From the NCBI GenBank assembly GCA_963765125.1, contig CAVXUZ010000004.1:128792-192791 (forward strand): a stretch of 64,000 nt of DNA. The letters are read 5' to 3'. The position numbers were made by a program, and so were the translations under genes. Below the pieces are notes generated by a model that did not search any database, was not told the DNA's origin, and saw nothing but the letters and a program-made list of their open reading frames with translations. This document shows, piece by piece, positions 18,801 to 28,075 of the stretch (positions are counted from its first letter, which is position 1; the number at the start of each line of letters is the position of its first letter). The stretch is from an uncultured candidate division WWE3 bacterium (GTDB taxonomy: Bacteria; Patescibacteriota; WWE3; UBA101185; UBA10185).

Positions 18801-18922
18801 AAAAGGAAGAGGTTGTAGGAATTATAGAAAAAATCAAAAAAGGAAATTTTGAAGCAAGATCTGGTATGCACTGCAACTGGTGTGATTTTAGAGAATTTTG
18901 TCCTTACGCCTATAAAGGTTAG
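15857..18922 (+). CDS. UvrD/PcrA-family helicase fused to a C-terminal PD-(D/E)XK (RecB/Cas4-like) nuclease domain with a Cys cluster; the probable true start is the ATG at 16082 (MQINEEQKKAIEH)
   Basis: Walker A is VVAGAGTGKTRV and helicase motifs (VLVDEFQDTN, TVHSAKGLEFPVVF) are present. The C-terminus has IDRIDKLEGGVEIIDYKTGT...CNWCDFREFC. The first 75 codons are hydrophobic and probably not translated. Confidence 0.8.
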   Translation: MILLVSLPFFLLIYEGFWFFYRAVRLINTMDMSATISAILTAIPSSFLAFFLKVLIFSPLFCSIGCGNIIPELIFMQINEEQKKAIEHKNGPLLVVAGAGTGKTRVITERIKWLIDNKKANPQEILALTFTDKAANEMSDRIDDVMPIGYEEPFVNTFHAFSDRILKKEGLEIGLDPSYKVLAGPEQWLLLRKHLFDLDIKYFRPLGNPTKFISAILKLVSRLQDENISVGDFENFVDNFEGGAEEKDRWRELGYIYKRYQEIKIENSKMDFGDLITWTIKLFSERPNILKKYQTQFKHVLVDEFQDTNYAQYQMVKMICPQELGERSLLAVGDDSQSIYKFRGAAVSNILEFMKDYPSAQMITLINNYRSTQKILDAAYKLIQNNNPDSLESKLGLSKKLISQKTKEEEKIKPEILQVATIDDEVELVISKIYEVLAKEPTYTYKDIAILARANNHLDAFVMALRKHGLPYQLVGNRGLYDQDEIRNVVGLLKIIVNPKDSSSLYRVLNIEVFNIDQKYIAQMLSQAKHRKVDLWEVLETTKIVEVENLKDLISTYQNEITKKSPVEFIYSLVHESGYLNTYLEHESIENNLAIKNLDLFLNIVKRFEIEFRSDTKNIPTVLEFLDYLELVIDAGDNPAQAEIEDIDTINLLTVHSAKGLEFPVVFMINLVSGRFPTNNRGDALEMPEELIKEALPTGDEHVQEERRLFYVGMTRAEKYLYLTLAKNYGGKTEKKPSGYLTETGLKIQETEVKAALKKTEQRGLFGVDSAFRNPQSIKTDFTPSFLSYSQIETYKTCALKYKYSYVLNVPTAPGHALSFGTTIHDTLRDFHQKKLFGDVSYDEMLNMYEKNWHPLGYLDEKHRQHRFEDGKELLKEYYERHKNDKKQPEALEKSFNLKVGGIKFFGRIDRIDKLEGGVEIIDYKTGTTKTQKEVDEDDQVAFYAIAAKEALGMVPEKLTYYFLESGERISTFRTDEQLKEKKEEVVGIIEKIKKGNFEARSGMHCNWCDFREFCPYAYKG

Positions 18923-19822
18923 TTAAAGCGGGACCGGCATTATTTTTGATAAAAAGATAAAAGCAGGATTTAAAAACTTTATATACGGTGGAGGAAATCT
19001 TACGATCTCTCCGCCAAATTTTTCTTTAAAGTGACTAAACCCTCCCCAATTTCTAGTAAATGTTGGAAATCTACTATCATCGACTCCCTCTAGATCCATG
19101 TATTCAAAACCAAGTTTTTTAAAATATAAAATTGATTCCCATAAAAGCGCGTATCCCCATTTACCTTTTCTTGCTTTCGCAGCTGTTCCTCCAGTTATAA
19201 ATGTAATACTTTTTTTATAAGCCAAGAAAAACTTTACACTCATAAGTTCTCCAGCACCGTTTTCAACATAACCAACATGAAAATCATCCCCGTAGATCTT
19301 AGCCTTGTAGAGAACTTCTTTTAAAGGATCGATGTAAAACCTGCCTCTTTTGCTTGTCTCTACAACAAGTTTATAGAAATCAGACGTTTGCTTTTCTGAT
19401 GGTTTTTTCAAAAATTTTACTACGCTGCCCTCGCGAGTCGATCGATTTATTGAGTATTTTCCGCTGTGTGATATTTTATTCCATAACTCTTTTTCAGTTT
19501 CTTTTAGGTTGATGATTGACGTTGAAGGGGGACACAGTGGGTGCTGACTTTGAACAAAACCGTGTTGTTTTAATATAGTTTCATTTTCGGCATCGATTGG
19601 TTCAATTTTTATGAAGAGCGCTTTATATTTTTTACAAATATTTTCAATTTCTTGCAAATCATTTTCTGTGAATTTTTTTGGCCTTTGAATTTTTGTAACA
19701 ACACCCAGCGGTGATTTTAGTAACGCAATCTTAATTCCGGATTTTGTTTCCTCATATTTCCATCCAAGAATTTTTAAGTATTCGAACCACGTCTCTGATT
19801 GTCTATAGCTCTCAAGTTTCAC
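18923..19822 (-). CDS. FemAB-family aminoacyl-tRNA-dependent peptidoglycan peptide transferase-like protein (copy 2)
   Basis: FemAB-type C-terminal core: FLAYKKSITFITGGTAAKARKGKWGYALLWESILYFKKLGFEYMDLEGV. Confidence 0.65.
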   Translation of the reverse strand: MKLESYRQSETWFEYLKILGWKYEETKSGIKIALLKSPLGVVTKIQRPKKFTENDLQEIENICKKYKALFIKIEPIDAENETILKQHGFVQSQHPLCPPSTSIINLKETEKELWNKISHSGKYSINRSTREGSVVKFLKKPSEKQTSDFYKLVVETSKRGRFYIDPLKEVLYKAKIYGDDFHVGYVENGAGELMSVKFFLAYKKSITFITGGTAAKARKGKWGYALLWESILYFKKLGFEYMDLEGVDDSRFPTFTRNWGGFSHFKEKFGGEIVRFPPPYIKFLNPAFIFLSKIMPVPL

Positions 19823-20760
19823 TTAATTATGCCTGATTCCAGTAGTTTCCATCTTAAATTATTTATTCTTGTAAATAAAAAGTGCACAACTGGATTTATA
19901 ACAAGATCAAAAGAATCAATATATTTAATATGAGTTCCGCCGAATTTCAACTTAAAATTGGTGAATCCATAATATTCATCTTTTGTGTCTTCGGGATCTT
20001 CTGCGGCACCCCACATATCGAAAAGCCTGCACTCGCGTGTTTTTCCATACCTAATTACTTCCCAACCTAACGCGTTACTTGCAAAAAGGTTCTTTTGGTC
20101 TTTTGTTGAACCTCCGTATGGATAATACAAAATTCCATCGTGAACAAAAACCATCCAGGCTGCTAATACCTCTTCGTCTTTTTTTGCGATTAATATTTCA
20201 CAAAGACCTTCTGGATGCATTACATCCCAAATAGTTTTGTAGTATTCTCTTCCTCTTACAAAATATTTTTGTCTAATTGCTGTTTGTTTAAAAACGATAA
20301 AAAAATCTTCAAAGTCTTGATCATTCTCAGCTAACTCAACGACGACTCCGTTTTTTAATGCGTATCTAGTATTGTATCTGTGCTTTGAGTGCATTCCTTC
20401 AAATAATTCTCTTTCGGTCTTTGTTAGATCAATCAATACATTTGCTTTTGCAAATTCTGATCGTACTGCTTTTGTACATTTGCTTTTAAATATTTCTAAT
20501 GCTTTTTGTTCTTCCTTCGATCCTTTTATAATATTAGGCACGTCAAATGTTAAACCAACGCAGTTATTTTTTTTGAGGGATTTTATAAGCTCTTCGAAAT
20601 TTATATTCTCAGGATTTACTCTCGGACAATAAGCAAAGTATTTTTTAAGTAAAGGAATTTTATGAAGAGTGTAAATAACCCCACCTGCTTCAACTGCCTT
20701 TGTACCATATTTATTTTTAACTTCTGCCCAAACACCTGTTTGAACGATATGTCGCTGCAT
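19819..20760 (-). CDS. FemAB-family aminoacyl-tRNA-dependent peptidoglycan peptide transferase-like protein (copy 1)
   Basis: ILYYPYGGSTKDQKNLFASNALGWEVIRYGKTRECRLFDMWGA. It overlaps the downstream paralogue by 4 nt. Confidence 0.65.
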   Translation of the reverse strand: MQRHIVQTGVWAEVKNKYGTKAVEAGGVIYTLHKIPLLKKYFAYCPRVNPENINFEELIKSLKKNNCVGLTFDVPNIIKGSKEEQKALEIFKSKCTKAVRSEFAKANVLIDLTKTERELFEGMHSKHRYNTRYALKNGVVVELAENDQDFEDFFIVFKQTAIRQKYFVRGREYYKTIWDVMHPEGLCEILIAKKDEEVLAAWMVFVHDGILYYPYGGSTKDQKNLFASNALGWEVIRYGKTRECRLFDMWGAAEDPEDTKDEYYGFTNFKLKFGGTHIKYIDSFDLVINPVVHFLFTRINNLRWKLLESGIIK

Positions 20761-20830
20761 GCGTGTAGTATAAGCTTTTTTAAGCGGAGCGACAAGATAA
20801 ACAATGCTTCTTTACTAAATATGCGAAAAT

Positions 20831-21613
20831 GTGGTAGTTTCTTACTTAAATATGAACACAAAAGAAATTATTATAAGCACTGTTGCATTAATGCTACTTC
20901 TCTCCGGACTATTCTTTTTAATGAGTCGGGGTACAAAAAATAGCGAACCCACGCCCTCGGTTGAAGGTTCTAGCATAAAAACTACAGAAGAACTGGAATT
21001 AGACCAGTCTTTAGGACTTGAAGGAAATGAAGACGGCTTTGAAAAAAGGAGCGAGAATGATAAATTGAAACAACAAAAGCAGAAAGAAGAAACAACTATG
21101 AATAACCAACCTAAAAAAACATCTCCTGAAATGCAACTCAAAGAGGACGTAGACTACAAAGCAGTAATGAAAACCTCTATGGGTACTATGGAAATCGATC
21201 TTTATGAAAAACTAAGTCCAATTACCGTAAATAATTTTGTAGTTCTTTCAAAAAGCGGGTTTTACAACGGATTAATATTCCACAGGGTAATGGATGATTT
21301 TATGATTCAAGGCGGAGACCCAAACGGCAATGGAACCGGTAACCCCGGATATAGCTTTCGTGACGAGTTTAACAACAAAAAGCTCGTAAAGGGTTCTCTT
21401 GCTATGGCAAATTCTGGCCCAAATACAAATGGAAGCCAATTTTTTATTGTTACAAAAGATTCAACCCCATGGTTAGATAATGTACACACAAACTTTGGTG
21501 AAGTCACAAAAGGTATCGAAGTCGCAGAAGAAATTCAAAAAGTAAAAGTAGATGGTATGAGTAAACCTCTGGAACCTGTCGTAATCGAGAGTATAGAAAT
21601 TATCGAGAATTAA
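20831..21613 (+). CDS. Cyclophilin-type peptidyl-prolyl cis-trans isomerase with an N-terminal membrane anchor
   Basis: Motifs are GFYNGLIFHRVMDDFMIQGGDPNGNGTG and GSLAMANSGPNTNGSQFFIV. Confidence 0.85.
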   Translation: MVVSYLNMNTKEIIISTVALMLLLSGLFFLMSRGTKNSEPTPSVEGSSIKTTEELELDQSLGLEGNEDGFEKRSENDKLKQQKQKEETTMNNQPKKTSPEMQLKEDVDYKAVMKTSMGTMEIDLYEKLSPITVNNFVVLSKSGFYNGLIFHRVMDDFMIQGGDPNGNGTGNPGYSFRDEFNNKKLVKGSLAMANSGPNTNGSQFFIVTKDSTPWLDNVHTNFGEVTKGIEVAEEIQKVKVDGMSKPLEPVVIESIEIIEN

Positions 21614-22358
21614 AAAAGTTACACCACTGTTCTATCTCTATGTGCTGCGGCCTCATTGTGGGGTCAATGTTGTTTTCTTCTAACACTTCTTGTTTGTAAG
21701 CTTTGTTTAACATCTTTCTTGGTTGTGAAAACGCATGATGTAAAAACCCTTCGTACTCTCTAATCCTTAAATATGAGACCTTTGGATTTTCAATTAAACG
21801 CATTATTAAAACAGCGCTATCTACGTTTGGCGACGGATTGAAATTACCTCTATCAACTACTTGCAATATTTCTGTTTCGTAGAATGTATTTATAAAAGTT
21901 GAAAGGTAAGAAGCCTCTGGTGCCTTTGCAGAAATTTTTTGAGCTACCTCTTTCTGCACAATTAAAACTGCTTTTTTTATCTTGTCCTCTTTTCTAACAA
22001 TTTCATGAATTATTGGTGATGTAATATAGTACGGTATCGCGCCAAGTATTTTAAAATTCTCTTTCGGGTTAAACTCTGGCAACCATCTAAGAATGTTGGA
22101 GTTAAATATTGTTGTATTAGTTTTTTGATTAAATCTATCTCGCAAACTTTTAAAAAGTGTAGGATCGATTTCTACTGCAATTACACTCGCGCCTCTAGAG
22201 GTAGCTTTATCTACCAGTGGAATTGTCAGCGCACCGCGACCAGGACCAATTTCAACAATTAGATCCCCCTGTATAATCTCTAATGATTCAATCATCGTGT
22301 TGATAATTTTGGTGTTAGTTAAATAATTTTGACCTAAACTTTTTTTTGCGTAAACCAT
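21600..22358 (-). CDS. rsmA: 16S rRNA A1518/A1519 dimethyltransferase
   Basis: KKSLGQNYLTNTKIINTMIE...VEIGPGRGALT is the KsgA signature. Confidence 0.85.
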   Translation of the reverse strand: MVYAKKSLGQNYLTNTKIINTMIESLEIIQGDLIVEIGPGRGALTIPLVDKATSRGASVIAVEIDPTLFKSLRDRFNQKTNTTIFNSNILRWLPEFNPKENFKILGAIPYYITSPIIHEIVRKEDKIKKAVLIVQKEVAQKISAKAPEASYLSTFINTFYETEILQVVDRGNFNPSPNVDSAVLIMRLIENPKVSYLRIREYEGFLHHAFSQPRKMLNKAYKQEVLEENNIDPTMRPQHIEIEQWCNFFNSR

Positions 22359-22367
22359 AATACTATT

Positions 22368-23156
22368 CTAATCTGTCGGAGCATTATCCATCAGATAAAT
22401 ATCTACGTACTCTGCACCCCAGGCGGCTGTCTTTGCGTCTCTAAAAGCTAAATCAATTCGGTTACCTTTTATTAAACCGCCAACATCTAACGCCTGACAT
22501 TTTCCGTACCCGGGTACATAAAAGTGAGTGTACAACGGAATGGTCTTTGGGTCTGTAGCGCATACGCCTTCCTGCACTGGTGCACCTAGCGCAGTCGTGT
22601 TGTTACAGCCTAAACACGTCGAATCGTATTTAGTAGCAAATACTCTCACTTTTGCCCAATACTTTATTTCTCCTATGTCTGGTGTGTCAAATTCATGCCA
22701 ACTAATTTTCTTTCCAACTGATACTATTTCTGTCTTTGGTTCTTTAACTTCTGTTTTTAGTAGCACTCTGTCTATCTCTTCGTCTAGCCAATGGGTTACA
22801 AGGTATGTTGTAATCTTCTCTCCGTTTTTACCGGCTTGTTGAACTTCCTCTTTTCCGTATTCTAAATCCTCATCGTCAATTCGCTCTGTCTCATATTCAA
22901 TAGGTATACTATCAACAACTTCTTTTTGCGCGAATGCTGTTTGTGTACTTATCTGGGTTGGTGATGGTGTACCTATAAACCTGTACTCTTGATCTAAATT
23001 TTCTCCTAACGAAATTGTAAGGCTCTCTTCGTTGCGAAGCTCATTTAGTAGTGACGTTTGATCACCAAGCACACTTTTATCTTTTTCATTTAATAACCCT
23101 TTGTTAAAAAAGAAAACTGCATAAATTATTTGTACTAAAATTAATAGTCTATACAT
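22368..23156 (-). CDS. 3D-domain (MltA-like) cell-wall protein with an N-terminal anchor
   Basis: The C-terminal 3D domain is ATKYDSTCLGCNN...VPGYGKCQALDVGGLIKGNRIDLAFRD. Confidence 0.6.
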   Translation of the reverse strand: MYRLLILVQIIYAVFFFNKGLLNEKDKSVLGDQTSLLNELRNEESLTISLGENLDQEYRFIGTPSPTQISTQTAFAQKEVVDSIPIEYETERIDDEDLEYGKEEVQQAGKNGEKITTYLVTHWLDEEIDRVLLKTEVKEPKTEIVSVGKKISWHEFDTPDIGEIKYWAKVRVFATKYDSTCLGCNNTTALGAPVQEGVCATDPKTIPLYTHFYVPGYGKCQALDVGGLIKGNRIDLAFRDAKTAAWGAEYVDIYLMDNAPTD

Positions 23157-23157
23157 A

Positions 23158-25107
23158 CTATTCCCAATTAAAATTTTGCCTGTGCATTTCTAAATCATCA
23201 AAATAATCATCGATATTACTGCCTGACCTTTTTTCGTACTCTGGTTCTTTTTGACCTACTCGACTGATAAGGCTCTCCGGTATCTCTAACAAAAACCTGC
23301 TCGGAAGGTTGCTCTGACGCGAACCAAAATATAGTCTACTCTGTGTTCTTGTTAAATATACTTGTGTTTTTGCTCTGGTGATTGCAACGTAACAAAGGCG
23401 TCTTTCTTCTTCAATTTGTTCTTTTTCCATTATTGAGTTCATGTGCGGAAAAAGTCCTTCTTCCATTCCTACGATAAATACAATCGGAAACTCCAAACCT
23501 TTCGATGCGTGAACAGTCATAAGCGTAACTGAATCATACTGATCTGGGTTTGCTCTATTTGAACTTTCTATTAATGCAACGTTTTCTAAAAATTCTTCTA
23601 GATTTACAAACTGCTGAGCAACGGTTCTCAACTCTTTTATGTTTTCTACTCTAGACTTGCCTTCGTCTGTGCCATCGTCTAACCACTGTAAATATTTTGT
23701 ATCGTCTAAAATTACATCCATTAGTTCGAGAGTTGATAAAACCTCCCGATCACCAAACCATCTATCAATTTGTAATTTTGTTTTTTCCTTGATCTCTTCT
23801 ATATCCCACCCATTACGAGAAATGATTTCAATACTTTTTTGGCCAATTTTTCTCGGCGGTACATTTATAATTCTTTCCCATGAAGACGCGTCTTTTGGAT
23901 TATGCACCACACGAAGATAGGCAATTATATCTTTTACTTCTTTTCGCGAATAAAATCTTAAACCGCCTACGATTTTATAAGGAATGTTGTTTTTTATTAA
24001 GTGCTCCTCAAGATTTCGTGACTGTGCGTTTGTTCTATATAAGACCGCTATATCGCTATAAGTGTTCTTCTCGTTGTGCATTTTTACAATGTTTTCGGCG
24101 ACAAACAAACTCTCGTCCAAGTCTGTTGCACCAAGATAACTTATAATTTTTTCTCCTTCTCCGTTCTCGGTCCATAAATCTAAATTTATATGTGAAGTAT
24201 TATTTTTAATTACATTTTTTGCAGCGTCTAAAATATTTTGTGTCGAACGATAGTTTTTCTCTAAATTGTAAATTGCTGCTTCTGGATAATCTTTTTCGAA
24301 ATTTAAAATGTTTCTGTAGTCCGCACCTCTAAAGCTGTATATTGCCTGACTCATATCACCAACAACATAAAGATTTTTATTTTTTTCCGCTAGTAGTTTT
24401 GTCAGAATATACTGAGCGTGGTTAGTATCTTGATATTCATCAACAAGAATATATTCAAACATCGTTTGATACTTTTCTAGAACACCTGGTTCTTTTTTAA
24501 ATAGTTTAACTACTGAAAATAAAAGGTCGTCAAAATCAAGCGCATTACTTTCTCTCAATCTTTTGTCGTATTCGTAATAAATTTTGGCGGCGCTTCTTTG
24601 AAAATATCCCTGTGCAAACTTCTCGTATGTTTCTGGGTTAACCAACTCCGACTTTGCACTTGAAATCATTCCTAAAATTGCTGCCGCTTTTACTTGTTTG
24701 CTGTCCATTCCAAAATCTTTAATTACTTTTTTTACTAAAGAGATTGAATCATCTCGATCGTAGATTACATAAGAAAACGGAATTCCTAAATGAAAACCGT
24801 CTTTTCTTAATATTCTTGAACATATCGAGTGAAATGTACCACTCCACGAGAGCTTGTTTGTTTTGCCTAACAGTCTGGCTATTCTCTCTTGAATCTCGCC
24901 CGCAGCTTTATTTGTAAACGTAACACACAATATTTTTGTTTGTTCTACACCATGCTCGTTAATTAGATAAGCAATTCTATGTGTTAAAACTCTGGTTTTT
25001 CCACTCCCCGGACCCGCTACAACAAGCGCTGGACCAGCAAAATGTTTAACCGCCTCTATTTGTTGGGGGTTTAAATTATGGAGTATGTTTGGGTTTTTAT
25101 CGGTCAC
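23158..25107 (-). CDS. pcrA: ATP-dependent DNA helicase PcrA/UvrD
   Basis: LNPQQIEAVKHFAGPALVVAGPGSGKTRVLTHRIAYLI, with VDEYQDTN and further helicase motifs. Confidence 0.85.
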   Translation of the reverse strand: MTDKNPNILHNLNPQQIEAVKHFAGPALVVAGPGSGKTRVLTHRIAYLINEHGVEQTKILCVTFTNKAAGEIQERIARLLGKTNKLSWSGTFHSICSRILRKDGFHLGIPFSYVIYDRDDSISLVKKVIKDFGMDSKQVKAAAILGMISSAKSELVNPETYEKFAQGYFQRSAAKIYYEYDKRLRESNALDFDDLLFSVVKLFKKEPGVLEKYQTMFEYILVDEYQDTNHAQYILTKLLAEKNKNLYVVGDMSQAIYSFRGADYRNILNFEKDYPEAAIYNLEKNYRSTQNILDAAKNVIKNNTSHINLDLWTENGEGEKIISYLGATDLDESLFVAENIVKMHNEKNTYSDIAVLYRTNAQSRNLEEHLIKNNIPYKIVGGLRFYSRKEVKDIIAYLRVVHNPKDASSWERIINVPPRKIGQKSIEIISRNGWDIEEIKEKTKLQIDRWFGDREVLSTLELMDVILDDTKYLQWLDDGTDEGKSRVENIKELRTVAQQFVNLEEFLENVALIESSNRANPDQYDSVTLMTVHASKGLEFPIVFIVGMEEGLFPHMNSIMEKEQIEEERRLCYVAITRAKTQVYLTRTQSRLYFGSRQSNLPSRFLLEIPESLISRVGQKEPEYEKRSGSNIDDYFDDLEMHRQNFNWE

Positions 25108-25141
25108 AGTGAAATTGTAGCACGATGTTTATTACACGTTG

Positions 25142-26020
25142 TTACTTACCAATAACGCCTGCGGCCGACTTTAAACAGGCTTTAAGATCATCGGTTAGAG
25201 TCCATCCGCATTCACCAGAAGGTTGTTTTTCACAAACTGCGCCCTCATAACACGCGAAAACATCAGAGTACTCACAGGTTGTTGTAACTTCTTCGTCTGA
25301 ACAAATCTGGCCACTACAACCAGTCTTTCTACATTCTTTTTTGGCAACGTTTTCGGTGTAAGCAAAGCTGTTAACCATTTCGTTAAAAACCTCGTCGTAA
25401 ACAGTTTTTAGTTCTTGGGTTAAAGATTCTTCTGGTGCTAAATCTAATCTAAAATTAAATGCGTATTCGCCAGAGAAATTATAAATGTTAGTTTCAGAGA
25501 GAAATGCCTCTTTTTGTAAAGCTGCAGAATCACCAAACAAATTTAGCGACTTTACATCTTCAATCGCACCAACTAGTGTCATTGCTGCACCCTCTCGCAG
25601 TTTCTTGACCATTTCCTCCTGTGCTACCACATTAACAATCACGCCTCTTTGTGGAGCACCCTCTTCTTCTTTATTGAAAAAGAATATTGTTCTCAGTTTA
25701 TTTTCTTGATTATCCTCAACTCGGTATTCCCAAGCTTGCGGGTATTTAATTGTAAAAGAGTACTCAGCGTCTGAGTATGTATTCCAAACATCCCTCTCCT
25801 CCTCAGTAACATAGCCCTCATTAAGTTTTTGTTCTATTACGGGCTGTGTAAGAAGATTGAATTGGTTGCTTAGTAAATAACTAACGTAAACACCGAGTGC
25901 AACTACTGTGCAAAGTCCTAGAAACACAATGTTTATTGTTCTTCGCCTTACAGCCTGCGCTGAATCCGGCGCTGCTACTGGCTCTTTGACCTGTGGTTGC
26001 TGAGGTTGTTCTTGTTCCAT
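25142..26020 (-). CDS. Hypothetical membrane-anchored protein with a C-terminal Cys-rich module
   Basis: A TM helix lies near residue 30. The C-terminal sequence CRKTGCSGQICSDEEVTTTCEYSDVFACYEGAVCEKQPSGECGW contains 9 Cys. Confidence 0.4.
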   Translation of the reverse strand: MEQEQPQQPQVKEPVAAPDSAQAVRRRTINIVFLGLCTVVALGVYVSYLLSNQFNLLTQPVIEQKLNEGYVTEEERDVWNTYSDAEYSFTIKYPQAWEYRVEDNQENKLRTIFFFNKEEEGAPQRGVIVNVVAQEEMVKKLREGAAMTLVGAIEDVKSLNLFGDSAALQKEAFLSETNIYNFSGEYAFNFRLDLAPEESLTQELKTVYDEVFNEMVNSFAYTENVAKKECRKTGCSGQICSDEEVTTTCEYSDVFACYEGAVCEKQPSGECGWTLTDDLKACLKSAAGVIGK

Positions 26021-26076
26021 ACATTAAGTATAGCAAAGTTGACACCCTAGATATTGAGCCATATGATACAGATAGG

Positions 26077-26412
26077 ATGAAACTAATTGTTAGATTGTTA
26101 ATAAATACACTTTCGGTTTTTATTGCTGCAAACCTTGTTCCCGGAGTTCATGTCCCTGACTTCATTACGGCTTTTATAGTTGCGGTCGTGCTTGGTGTAC
26201 TAAACGCGTTTTTAAAACCAATTCTTGTTTTGCTTACCTTACCAATCAATATTCTTACATTAGGCCTATTTACGTTTGTTATAAACGTAGGTCTTCTTTT
26301 ACTTACAGCACAACTTGTTGCTGGTTTTTCGATTGATGGTGTTATCTCAGCAATATTATTTGGTTTGGTGATGTCCATCGTCAACTACTTCTTAAGCATC
26401 TTCTCTAAATAA
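26077..26412 (+). CDS. Phage-holin-4_2 / YvlD-family small membrane protein; start moved to the internal ATG
   Basis: PGVHVPDFITAFIVAVVLGVLNAFLKPILVLLTLPINILTLGLFTFVINVGLL is the family core. The ORF-track start at 25993 overlaps the preceding gene. Confidence 0.5.
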   Translation: MKLIVRLLINTLSVFIAANLVPGVHVPDFITAFIVAVVLGVLNAFLKPILVLLTLPINILTLGLFTFVINVGLLLLTAQLVAGFSIDGVISAILFGLVMSIVNYFLSIFSK

Positions 26413-26465
26413 ATAAGTTAGTTAGTGAATTTTGAATCGTATGCTAAAATACTCTTCGTAGCAAG

Positions 26466-26750
26466 TTGTCGAAAGACCATATTATGATTACATTATTAGA
26501 TTTTTATGCCGATTGGTGTGGCCCATGTAAAATTATGGAGCCAATCTTCAATGAACTTAAAAAAGAATATGAAGGCAGGGTTGAGTTTAAATCAGTCAAC
26601 GTTGAGGAAGAAAACGCCATGGCGATGCAGTTTGGCGTTAGAAGCATCCCAACCTTTGTAATTCTAAAAAATGAACAAGAAGTAGATAGAAAACTTGGTG
26701 CGATGCCAAAAGAAGTATTAACAAGTTGGTTAGATTCAAATCTTAAGTAA
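26466..26750 (+). CDS. trxA: Thioredoxin
   Basis: Active-site WCGPC is present. Confidence 0.85.
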   Translation: MSKDHIMITLLDFYADWCGPCKIMEPIFNELKKEYEGRVEFKSVNVEEENAMAMQFGVRSIPTFVILKNEQEVDRKLGAMPKEVLTSWLDSNLK

Positions 26751-26768
26751 TTAAGATAAAATATAAAT

Positions 26769-27770
26769 ATGTCTGTCCGCATAGCAATAAACGGTTTCGG
26801 TAGGATTGGCCGAGCCTCATTCAAAATTATTCAAGAAACAGAAGGTGTGGAGGTTGTCGCAATCAACGACCTCACTGATTTAGAAACTTTAGCCCATTTA
26901 TTAAAATACGATTCAATTTACGGCCGTTACAGCAAAGAAGTAAAAATGGAAAACGGAAAAATGCTCGTTAATGGTAAGGAAATAGCCTTTTTTAGCGAAA
27001 AAGACGCAACAAAATTACCTTGGAAAGATTTAAATGTTGACGTAGTTTTGGAATGCACCGGAGTGTACGTCAAAGACAGTATGGCAAAAGTTCATCTAGA
27101 TGCGGGGGCGAAGAAGGTTATTTTGTCTGCGCCGGCAAAAGGCGATGGCGATATACAGACTTTTTTACGAGGAATAAACACCGACCAATATCTAGGACAA
27201 AACATAATTTCCAATGCTTCGTGCACTACACACAGTATTTCGGCCCCAATTTCAATTATTCACAATAATATCGGAATTAAAAAAGCGAGTCTTACAACAG
27301 TTCACGCAATGACCGCTTCACAGAAATTAACAGACAGCCCACACAAAGATTTACGCGAAGGTCGCGCAGCTTCATATAATCTTGTTCCAACGACAACGGG
27401 CGCAGCTATCGCTACCACACAAGCAATACCAGATCTTAAAGGCAAATTCGATGGGGTTTCAGTAAGAGTACCCGTTTCAGTCGGTTCACTTTCTATCATA
27501 ACTATGTTAGTAGCACGTCCTACCACTGTTGAAGAAATAAATCAGCTTTTTGTTGATGCAAAAAAAGATCCTAAATATAGCACAACATTAGATATAACCT
27601 TTGACGAGCTCGTTTCAACCGACATTATAGGAACAAACTACTCATCTATAGTAGATTTATCTCTAACATCTGTTGTAGACGGCGATATGGTAAGAATATT
27701 AGCTTGGTATGATAATGAATGGGGCTATAGTCATAGTCTGGTAGAGCTCGCAAAAACCATATCTGCGTAA
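26769..27770 (+). CDS. gap: Glyceraldehyde-3-phosphate dehydrogenase
   Basis: INGFGRIGR and SNASCTT are present and the C-terminal WYDNEWGYS is typical. Confidence 0.9.
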   Translation: MSVRIAINGFGRIGRASFKIIQETEGVEVVAINDLTDLETLAHLLKYDSIYGRYSKEVKMENGKMLVNGKEIAFFSEKDATKLPWKDLNVDVVLECTGVYVKDSMAKVHLDAGAKKVILSAPAKGDGDIQTFLRGINTDQYLGQNIISNASCTTHSISAPISIIHNNIGIKKASLTTVHAMTASQKLTDSPHKDLREGRAASYNLVPTTTGAAIATTQAIPDLKGKFDGVSVRVPVSVGSLSIITMLVARPTTVEEINQLFVDAKKDPKYSTTLDITFDELVSTDIIGTNYSSIVDLSLTSVVDGDMVRILAWYDNEWGYSHSLVELAKTISA

Positions 27771-27808
27771 ACACCAACGTGTGTCGGCGTGATAAAATAC
27801 CAGCATAA

Positions 27809-28075
27809 ATGTCTAAATCGCTAAAGGTATCATTTCCACAAAAATGCATAGGCTGCGAACTCTGTATTATGGAGGTTCAAAGGCAGTTTGAAAAAGTAGG
27901 CTTAGAGGGTGCCTTAATTAGAATATTTAAAAATAAAAGCGACAACAGTAACTTTTTAAAATTTTCCATCGATCTTGATCCAAGAATAAATAAACTAAAT
28001 TTAGAAAAGATTAGAGACTCTTGTCCAACTTTTGTATTTGAAATTATAGAGGAGGACCAAGGTGGACTTATATAG
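27809..28075 (+). CDS. Small single-cluster [4Fe-4S] ferredoxin-like protein
   Basis: CIGCELC (C-x2-C-x2-C) plus a distal SCP resembles CxxCxxC...CP mono-cluster ferredoxins. Confidence 0.45.
   Translation: MSKSLKVSFPQKCIGCELCIMEVQRQFEKVGLEGALIRIFKNKSDNSNFLKFSIDLDPRINKLNLEKIRDSCPTFVFEIIEEDQGGLI

Noticed and set aside
27809-28075. The possibility that the 88-aa ferredoxin-like ORF is merely the 5' end of the AOR-like gene
   Set aside because: It is in a different frame and ends 14 nt after the AOR-like start. The AOR N-domain homology begins right at Met 28062, so two translationally coupled genes are more consistent.
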